This document shows positions 57,801 through 64,000 of a stretch of DNA of 64,000 bases, one piece after another (position 1 is the stretch's first letter; every line of letters starts with the position of its first letter). The position numbers and the translations under genes are program-made. Under the pieces are notes generated by a model. That model worked only from the letters and a program-made list of their open reading frames with translations. It had not been told where the DNA came from and ran no database searches. Origin of the DNA: Candidatus Hydrogenedentota bacterium (GTDB taxonomy: Bacteria > Hydrogenedentota > Hydrogenedentia > Hydrogenedentales > SLHB01); contig CAXXTH010000010.1 of the NCBI GenBank assembly GCA_963668025.2, positions 192,001 through 256,000 on the forward strand, read 5' to 3'.

Positions 57801-58335
57801 GCCAGGCCCGGACGCCCTGCCCAAGGCGCTATTCGAGCGCTCCGTGCATGAACATGCGCCCCTCATCCGCGCTATAGGCGGTTTCGACTGCACCGTTCCC
57901 GCCATCGAGATGGCGGGAAAAGCCATTTACGCCGGAGCGGGCGCTGGTTTTTTGCTGCTATTGGGGGCCGCCGCCTATAAAAAAGTATTCAAAGCGCGCC
58001 GATGGCCGCTGCATGCGGGGTATTGGACGCTGGCGGCGCTGTTGATGGGAGGGAATATCATCGAGAGCGCCAAGCCTTTGGCGGATGCCGCGGCGTCGTG
58101 CATCCTCGCGGCCGCCGTATACGGCATTTTGTATGTGGGCCTTACCCGCTTTCTGCGAGACCGCTTGGCCGCTTATTTCGTTTGTATCGCCACCCTCGCA
58201 TTGCTGGCGCAGATGCTGCTATTGCGTGTGTCGCCGGATACCTGCCTGCAAGCGAATTGCCATGCCCTTGCAGCGGTTCTATGCTTTCTATTCATACTAG
58301 GCTCCTACTGGTCGAAACGGAGGGAAGAGTTTTGA
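54826..58335 (+). CDS. large CPBP (CAAX/Abi) intramembrane metalloprotease with internal duplication
   Basis: REELLYR, WGFLH and SHYTYNA motifs; two copies of an extracytoplasmic PE.APGA...RPNR.D domain. Confidence 0.82.
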   Translation: MDPELSSTRHSPRQKGRLWWWAAVGAAGFALFLVLYPRAFPEAKMDIRVGRAEALELARSFLDARGYDLTGCREAVCFSGDEDSKSFLEKALGSKGAERLMERPVNIWYWFCRFFTPGQEEEYRAAFSPQGGLVYFSHIIPETAPGASVQESEALGAAESFLRDVVHQDLTQYDRIGGEQIERPNRLDYRFTWKRRDIDVDGATYRFYVAVQGDAVGGYGEHLDIPETAQRQMATEAARRGALMQAAGLMNYALNIAVAVVFFLMLRFGHMRWRFGAAAASLLVALIALSYINNYPLSWLSYPTTQSERAFIGGQFLEFAGSALSIFLRIGLLAMAADALGRMVFPRRAPVSLLFSPQLWRSREFMTACIVGGGLAMLHAAYVSIFYLAGEQVGVWVPLDWPYNELLSTPMPWLEPLTTGLWAALREELLYRLFAIALLLRLTRTRWLAVTLPAILWGFLHSNYPQDPIYIRGLELTLVGVVYGMVFLRYGFFATFISHYTYNALASGLVLVRSENLYFRISGIVVIGLMFLPALPGLWALMRGRRLLDAEALITSEQDTPPHLFGKLNLAYCICTYAPYKALSRRALRIAAVCAIAGAVILALIPIQPPRSWPIFEVNRWQAGRIADSYAESQGIPVNEYRRVIHAVGAPDFLDEESNEWDYLYQHASHEEYERLVRDYMQERFGWSAYYMRPGDPQSYGILVSRDGRVESMNSTLPEEAPGARLSAEEAQSIAEAYLRDVQGIDLAQYQLATTSTREQPNRTDHYFFWDSVQERVADAPWRLGACVQGDAVRMYYPPELKVPDEWLRLRSEEHLRDKLLQGLAMALGTLLVLGVLLLCVRFFMLHTLDWRVTMAAMALVFVVWMAMWLNALPVFWEGASPNTPPMLYAFQKLSGGALSLFGAVAVSGGLAAFCDAAFLRAYPGVHPLMHWFGVSWQPDAPGAPPSRLPLCRAWGEAIVTGLSLALALAAAFYVVQAVEREMLAPMLASFEPGPDALPKALFERSVHEHAPLIRAIGGFDCTVPAIEMAGKAIYAGAGAGFLLLLGAAAYKKVFKARRWPLHAGYWTLAALLMGGNIIESAKPLADAAASCILAAAVYGILYVGLTRFLRDRLAAYFVCIATLALLAQMLLLRVSPDTCLQANCHALAAVLCFLFILGSYWSKRREEF

Positions 58336-58474
58336 GTTGGAGATTCCAGTGCGGCCGCCCGGCGGACCTGGTGGAAAAGGAAGCCTCGCGAAATCCGTGG
58401 CGTAAACACGAGATTCAACGCATGAGGTGATCTCTAGAGCCTGATATCATGGTTTCAAATGATAAACATAACCG

Positions 58475-59251
58475 ATAGGGGTAGGGAAGGCCGTTGGCCG
58501 GTCTCCCCTCCCTCCGAACCGTACGTGCAGATCTCCCGCATACGGCTCTCCAGTTGGTGGTCTTACCTCTTGGAGGATTGGCGAGCGGTTTCATAGGCTT
58601 TTGTAAGCTGAAAAGACCTATGGCCGCCAAAGTAAGCATTAGCTCAGTATTGATGGTCTGCTTATCCATCAAGCTGAACCATCGCCTTCCTTTCACCCCT
58701 TGTTTCAGGGCCGCCAACATGGGTTCCGTCCAGACGCAAGGACCGCTCGCTTCCAGTAGGGGCGGTTATCTCCGGCATGTTTAGAACTGCTTGCGCGGTT
58801 CACTGGTGACGGTTGTATTTCCTCGCATTCCGTACTCACCCATCCACCTTCCTACCGCCCTTCGCTCCACGCCCATTACGGCGTTTCCTCGCTACTATGG
58901 CGGCTCTGACTGCCGTTGGGTGGCTTCTCGCCTGCTTACTCCCAGCGGCTCTCACTGCTTCATGTACCCTGCCTTCCTGACCATTCCGTCTCCAACCACC
59001 CCATGTTCCCCCGCCATCGCTTTTGCACACGACCCCTCAGCGTGACCGGTTATTTCTAGGCTTCGCCATTTCCCAGCAGGCTCGCCGGAGCATCAGGCCG
59101 AATCGAGTTCGTTATCCTACGGACTAGTCATTCGCCTTCCGTTGCTCTCCACCCCGCCTCGCGGCGACGCAGTTACGGTCGGCTACAGGCCGGAGCGTGC
59201 ATGCCTGAAGAGGACTCACACCTCTCGGACAGCGTACACTCGCAGTCGCAC
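58475..59251 (-). mobile_element. ORF-deleted group II intron (777 nt) inserted in a REP
   Basis: 5' GTGCG; domain V GAGAGCCGTATGCGGGAGATCTGCACGTACGGTTC; domain VI ending CCCTAT; only fused RT ends remain. Confidence 0.9.
58500..58720 (-). pseudogene. remnant of group II intron RT
   Basis: N-terminal GVKGRRWFSLMDK joined directly to C-terminal GLFSL...NWRAVCGRSARTVRREG. Confidence 0.8.
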
Positions 59252-59302
59252 TAGCATGGGCGTCTCGCCCATGCTAGTTGTAGGGTGGGGCTTGCCCCAC
59301 CG
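59252..59302. repeat. GTAG-REP pair (first GTAG split by the intron)
   Basis: (G|)TAGCATGGGCGTCTCGCCCATG and GTAGGGTGGGGCTTGCCCCACC. Confidence 0.85.
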
Positions 59303-59420
59303 CTGGAGTTTCTACCTTTTTTGGGCGAGGTGGACACGCTTTTTCTCTTGCCATCGCACAGCTTATCGTCTTTGTCGTAGCTTCCCTTTCGCCGAATAGG
59401 CCGGTCATTGAAAAGATATA

Positions 59421-59449
59421 TTGACATACCGACTCGTTTGTGCTACAAT
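59421..59449 (+). promoter_or_regulatory. near-consensus sigma70 promoter inside the outer IS
   Basis: TTGACA-N17-TACAAT with extended TG, followed by a GGAGG RBS and ATG 59478. Confidence 0.8.
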
Positions 59450-59507
59450 CTTGTCAGCTAGGCAGGAGGGCAGCACCATGAATGACGAATTGCGTGACAC
59501 GATTCTA

Positions 59508-60745
59508 GTACTCCGTAAGTCCTAAAAGGCTGAATAAAAAAGTGTATCTTGCCGATATATCCAGAGGGAGGAATGGGTCTTTCCTTTGGAGGATAACGGC
59601 AATGCCCACAAAGCGATACGTGGTTCGGTTGACAGAAGAGGAGCGCCAGCAACTCCATGGCTTGGTAAGCAAGGGCAAGGCGGCGGCATACAAAATCAGG
59701 CATGCCAACATCCTGCTCAAGGCGGATTGCGACGGGCCGAATTGGAAGGACGAACAGATAGCCGAAGCCTTTGGCTGCCACCGCACCACGGTGGAAGAGG
59801 TGCGCAAGCGGCTGGTTACGCAAGGCATCGAATCCGCCCTGGGCCGCAAGAAGCGGAAAACGCCGCCGACCCCGCGCCGACTCGACGGCGACGCCGAAGC
59901 CCGGCTGGTTGCCATCGCCTGCGGAAAAGCTTCGGAAGGCCGGGCGAAATGGACCATGCGGCTCTTGGCGGACAAACTGGTGGAATTGGGGATCGTGGAT
60001 TCGGTCTCGCACACGACCGTCTGGAAGACGCTTAAAAAAACGAACTCAAGCCGCACTTGCGGAAATGCTGGGTGATACCGCCGAAGCAGGATGGCGAGTT
60101 CGTGGCGGCGATGGAAGACGTACTTGAAGTCTATAAGCGCGGCCGGAACCGAGAGTATCCGCTGGTGTGCATGGACGAACAACCGACGCAGCTCTTGAAG
60201 GAGACGCGAACGCCCTTGCCCGCCGAACCTGGGGAACCGGCGAAACACGACTACGAATACGAGCGCAATGGCACAGCGGCGAACTTCATGTTCACCGCGC
60301 CATTGGAAAACTGGCGGCGGGTGAGTGTGCGGGAGCGCAAGACGAAAATCGATTGGGCACAGGAAATCCGCCAGCTTGTCGATACGGATTTTCCCGAGGC
60401 GTCAAAGATCGTGCTGGTGATGGACAACCTGAACACGCACACGCCGGGGGCGCTATACGAGGCGTTTGCGCCGCAAGAGGCGCGCCGAATTCTGGAGCGG
60501 CTGGAGATTCATTACACGCCGAAGCACGGGAGTTGGCTGAACATGGCGGAGATCGAGTTGAGCGTGTTCACGCGACAGTGCCTGGACCGGCGCATGCCGG
60601 ATCTGGCGACGTTGCGTTCGGAGGCGGTTGCGTGGAACACGAGCCGGAACGATTCGGGGATAGGTGTGGATTGGCACTTCACAACCTCCGACGCCCGGGT
60701 AAAACTAAAACGGCTTTATCCCTTAATTAAGGGCTGACAAGGTAC
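59508..60745 (+). mobile_element. IS630-family insertion sequence
   Basis: TA duplication at 59506-59507 and 60746-60747; imperfect GTAC... inverted ends. Confidence 0.9.
59602..60737 (+). CDS. IS630 transposase (two ORFs, probable -1 frameshift)
   Basis: ORF A HTH (WTMRLLA) and ORF B in the -1 frame (CMDE, MDNLNTH, SWLNMAEIE); A7 run at about 60034-60040. Confidence 0.9.
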
Positions 60746-61049
60746 TAGAGGCTATGGAAAAAGGGCTTGAGGCGCAGCTTCGGGCGGTGCGCCGTCTGCG
60801 TAAGGGGGAAGAATCCAGGGAGGAGCCACGACCCAGAACAAGTATGTCGCAAGTAGATATGGCATATGACATACTCTTGAGGGCCGCTCATCCCCTTCAT
60901 GTCAATGAGATCCTGAGTCGCATTCATGCGGTCTTCGGCATTACGGTGGACCGGGAAAGCCTGGTGTCTTCCCTCACCAAAAAGGTGGCTCGGGAAGACC
61001 GCTTTGTCCGCGCGGACAAGAACACCTTCGGACTCAAAGGAGGCAAGCG

Positions 61050-62429
61050 ATGAGTCTTTTACACGAATGGCTCAACGTTACCGAGCGCTGGCGCGATGCT
61101 TTTGCCCAAGAGCGCACCACCGTGCGTGCGGTGCGGCAGGGACTTGGGTCACTGGTCTGTTTGGGGCGGCGCACAATCACGCGGACCCTTTGGGCCTGTG
61201 GTCGCGAGAATCTGCCGTGGCAGGCTGAATACCACATGTACGGCCGCGCCAAGTGGGACCCCCAGCAGCTCTTCGACCCTATTTGGGAAGGAGCCCTGCC
61301 CCAGTGTGAAGACCCGCTTGTAGGCGTCGCCGTCGATGATACCAAGCTGCACAAGACCGGCCGGTGCATTGTCCAGGCTTTTCATCAGCGCGACCCCCTG
61401 TCCCCGCCGTTCCACACCAATCTCATTCTGGGCCTGCGTTTCCTGCAGGCCTCCCTTCTCGTACCGCTTCACCAAGGCGGCGCCTTTAGTTGCCGCGCCT
61501 TGCCCGTGCGTTTCGAGGAGTCTTCCCCCGCCAAGAAGCCTGGCAAGCGCGCAAGCGAGGAGGAGTGGATGGCGTACAAGCAGCGCCGTAAAGAGAAGAA
61601 CCTTTCAACCCATTGCGTGGCGATGATGGACTCCTTGCGCGCATCCCTCGACGCCGTCGGCGCCAGGGAGAAAACCTTGGTCATGGCCCTCGACGGCAGC
61701 TTTTGCAACCAGACCGTCTTCGGCGCTGAACGCGACCGCACCCACCTCATCGCCCGTGCCCGCAAGGACGCAGTCCTATGCTTTGGCGCTCCAGAGGGTT
61801 CGCGGCGTTTCTATGCCCAAGAAAAATTCACCCCCGAGCAAGTACGCCAGGACGATAGCATCCCCTGGAAGACTACGAAGCTATTCTACGGCGGCAAACG
61901 CCGCAAGGTCCGCTACAAGGAAATCAAGACCCTCTACTGGCAAGGCGGCGCGCGCCGTCTTCCCCTCCGCCTTTTCGCTATCGCTCCCACCCCCTACCGC
62001 AAGCGGAAAAGCAGTAAGCTTTATTACCGGCAACCAGCCTACCTTCTTTGTACCGACAGGGTTCACGCCGCACAGAGGCTGCTCCAGATCTACTTCGACC
62101 GCTGGCAGATTGAAGTCAACCATCGCGAGGAAAAGGACACCTTGGGCGTCGGACAAGCTCAGCTCTGGAACCCCAATGCCGTACCCAAGCAGCCCCCGCT
62201 TGCCATCGCCGCCTACAGCGCATTGCTACTGGCCGCCATAAAAACCTTTGGCCCCGAACGAAATAGTGCATACGCCCCGCTGCCACGGTGGCGAAAACAC
62301 GCCACACGCCCATCGTGCCTCGCTCTCATCACTCTATTGAGAAAAGAGATGGACGAACAGCCCCATTTGCTCCGTCCACTCGGCATAGAAACCTCCAGAG
62401 CAACAATGGCAAGCGCCGCGGCTGCTTGA
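61050..62429 (+). CDS. IS4/IS701-superfamily DDE transposase
   Basis: VDDT, LDGSF and YREK motif YFDRWQIEVNHREEK. Confidence 0.85.
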   Translation: MSLLHEWLNVTERWRDAFAQERTTVRAVRQGLGSLVCLGRRTITRTLWACGRENLPWQAEYHMYGRAKWDPQQLFDPIWEGALPQCEDPLVGVAVDDTKLHKTGRCIVQAFHQRDPLSPPFHTNLILGLRFLQASLLVPLHQGGAFSCRALPVRFEESSPAKKPGKRASEEEWMAYKQRRKEKNLSTHCVAMMDSLRASLDAVGAREKTLVMALDGSFCNQTVFGAERDRTHLIARARKDAVLCFGAPEGSRRFYAQEKFTPEQVRQDDSIPWKTTKLFYGGKRRKVRYKEIKTLYWQGGARRLPLRLFAIAPTPYRKRKSSKLYYRQPAYLLCTDRVHAAQRLLQIYFDRWQIEVNHREEKDTLGVGQAQLWNPNAVPKQPPLAIAAYSALLLAAIKTFGPERNSAYAPLPRWRKHATRPSCLALITLLRKEMDEQPHLLRPLGIETSRATMASAAAA

Positions 62430-62438
62430 TAATGGAGA

Positions 62439-63449
62439 TAGGGCTATCCGCTTGACTCAAGCGAACACCACATGTTGTTGTCTGAGTCACCTTTTCCCTC
62501 CTCGAATGTCGTCGCCTGTCACGGGGCCGACCTGCGCGGCCTGTTGCATCAGCCGATAGAACAGCTTTCCCCGCGAACGCGACGTTCGACTGTTGAAACG
62601 GAAAGTGAACTCGTCCAGGTAGTAGTCAAGATGAGATGGGCGAACTGCTCCTTGGTGTGTGCCGCCAAGCCATCGTTTCAACAAGGACGCCACGCGATGG
62701 GCCAACGGTAACAGGTTGTCGCCGACTTCAGCCAGGGGCCGCACTTTTTCATGCACGTATCCCTTGCTGCTCACAGTAGCATACCCCGTCCATCCATCCG
62801 TATTCACAACGCTTCCCGGTTCGATCATTTCCTGCATAGCAAAGCCTAGACTGGCAGCGGAAGCATCGGGAACCCGGAAAAGCCGAATACGGCCCACATG
62901 CCTGCCTTCATCCTCCACCGCAATCACCACCAACGTTTTTCCCGCCGCCCCTCGTCCGCGTTTGCCCGGCCGCTCACCGCCAATGTATGTTTCGTCCACT
63001 TGCACTGTACCGGAGAGCCGGTCGCGGCCAGGACGAACCATGGCTGTTCGCAGCTTATGCAACCATATCCAAGTCGTCTCGTACCGCGAAAGCCCCAATA
63101 CACGTTGTAGACCAAGCGCGCTCACTCCCTGTTTCTGGCTGACCACGTACCACATGGCCCGAAACCAAAGCCGCAAGGGCTTCCGGGTATCCTGAAAGAT
63201 GGTTCCAGCAGTAACTGACGTCTCATATCCGCAGGCTTTGCAGTGCCACAAGCCCCTCTCGGTAGTCCACGCACCGGGGTGCTCGCACCTCGGGCAACGA
63301 AACCCGTCCGGCCAGCGGACCTCGGCCAAATACTGGCGGCAGGCAACCTCCGTCGCAAAGCGATCCTCGAACTCCAGGACTGTCTCCGGGTAATTCTCCA
63401 TGCCCAGATACTACATGTTGTGCCCACTTGACTCAAGCGGATAGCCCCA
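62439..63449 (-). mobile_element. IS1595-family IS (ISSod11-like)
   Basis: TIRs TAGGGCTATCCGCTTGACTCAAG / TGGGGCTATCCGCTTGAGTCAAG; 8-bp duplication AATGGAGA. Confidence 0.9.
62487..63401 (-). CDS. IS1595-family transposase
   Basis: CPRC...CKAC zinc ribbon, VDETYIGG, TDGW, YLDEFTFRFN. Confidence 0.93.
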   Translation of the reverse strand: MENYPETVLEFEDRFATEVACRQYLAEVRWPDGFRCPRCEHPGAWTTERGLWHCKACGYETSVTAGTIFQDTRKPLRLWFRAMWYVVSQKQGVSALGLQRVLGLSRYETTWIWLHKLRTAMVRPGRDRLSGTVQVDETYIGGERPGKRGRGAAGKTLVVIAVEDEGRHVGRIRLFRVPDASAASLGFAMQEMIEPGSVVNTDGWTGYATVSSKGYVHEKVRPLAEVGDNLLPLAHRVASLLKRWLGGTHQGAVRPSHLDYYLDEFTFRFNSRTSRSRGKLFYRLMQQAAQVGPVTGDDIRGGKR

Positions 63450-63571
63450 AATGGAGAAACTCCAGAGCATGGCCTTTGGACGTGGTCATAGGGCCTGTGG
63501 CTCAGCCTGTTTGAGCCCATCGGCATCCCCTACACTCGTGTTGTTCCGCAACACCAAGGAAGGAGATGCCA

Positions 63572-64000
63572 ATGAGTCGTTTCCGCAAATTATCACATGC
63601 GATATGGTATTGCCAATATCACATGGTATGGGCGCCCAAATACCGCTACCGGGTTTTGACGGGACCGGTGGGCAAGGAGGTCTACACCTGTATCCAAATG
63701 TTCTGTGGGCAGCAAGGATGCGGGGTGCTCGAATTGAATGTACAGCCCGAGCACGTGCATTTGCTTGTGATGGTTCCGCCAAAGGTGTCGATATCGGATC
63801 TGGCGGGCATTTTGAAGGGGCGTACGGCGATCCGGATATTCAAGCAGTTTCCGCATTTGAAAAAGAAGCCCTATTGGGGCAATCATTTCTGGGCGCCTGG
63901 GTATTGCGTGGATACCGTGGGGCTTAACGAAGAAATGATCCGCAAGTACGTGAAGTTCCAGGAAGAAGCGGAACGTCACGATGAACAGCTAAAATTGAAG
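63572..64000 (+). CDS. tnpA: IS200/IS605 Y1 transposase TnpA (runs off the window end)
   Basis: Read from the sequence (not in the ORF track): MSRFRKLSH...YHMVWAPKYR...EHVHLL...LKGR...FWAPGY...IRKYV. Confidence 0.92.
   Translation, partial: MSRFRKLSHAIWYCQYHMVWAPKYRYRVLTGPVGKEVYTCIQMFCGQQGCGVLELNVQPEHVHLLVMVPPKVSISDLAGILKGRTAIRIFKQFPHLKKKPYWGNHFWAPGYCVDTVGLNEEMIRKYVKFQEEAERHDEQLKLK

Larger units (their letters stand above)
59478..61053 (+). pseudogene. winged-HTH (HARE-HTH-like) ORF interrupted by IS630
   Basis: Removing IS630 restores MNDELRDTILEAMEKGLEAQL...; the 3' part 60754-61053 (AYDIL...PLHVNEIL...FVRADKNTFGL) is still open. Confidence 0.8.
59303..63465 (+). mobile_element. IS4/IS701-like element (HTH ORF plus transposase) carrying nested IS630 and IS1595
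   Basis: 11-bp inverted ends CTGGAGTTTCT (59303) / AGAAACTCCAG (ending 63465); no target duplication seen. Confidence 0.7.

Noticed and set aside
63451-63979. Track ORFs 63451-63927 (+) and 63593-63979 (-)
   Set aside because: Alternate frames of IS200 tnpA, which starts at 63572 and is missing from the track because it has no stop in the window.

Overview
A 64-kb window of a GC-rich bacterial chromosome. The prepilin/DUF1559/H-X9-DG proteins, a PEP-CTERM protein and an LPA-type C-terminal anchor suggest a Hydrogenedentota/PVC-like organism (inference only). From left to right: an oligopeptide ABC ATPase; a nitroreductase bracketed by a MITE and an ISKra4-family IS; two radical SAM genes; an HD hydrolase; a stand-alone MshEN-like protein; a PEP-CTERM protein; a flagellar export operon fliQ-fliR-flhB-flhA-flhF-flhG that lacks fliP; two AT-richer single genes each enclosed by repeats; a methyltransferase and flippase; sigma54-driven degP with a class C group II intron after its terminator. 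Next is an ~18-kb glycan-utilisation-like locus (29758-47982) built from two AraC paralogs, two DUF1559 pilin-like paralogs, two PA14-Ig-GH29-like paralogs, other glycosidase-like genes and a UroD-family enzyme. Four of its intergenic regions share an operator-like motif at a fixed distance from a -35-like hexamer. After that come rsgA, two sensor proteins ending in the same orphan CxxC...CxxC domain and a duplicated CPBP protease. The window ends in a pile of mobile elements: an ORF-deleted group II intron inserted exactly inside a GTAG-REP, an IS4/IS701-like element holding IS630 and IS1595, and an IS200. The best candidates for undescribed biology are the pilin-based, SusCD-free glycan locus with its operator, the REP-targeting mini-intron, and the repeat-borne gene cassettes. 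All product calls come from motif recognition by eye; no database searches were run.
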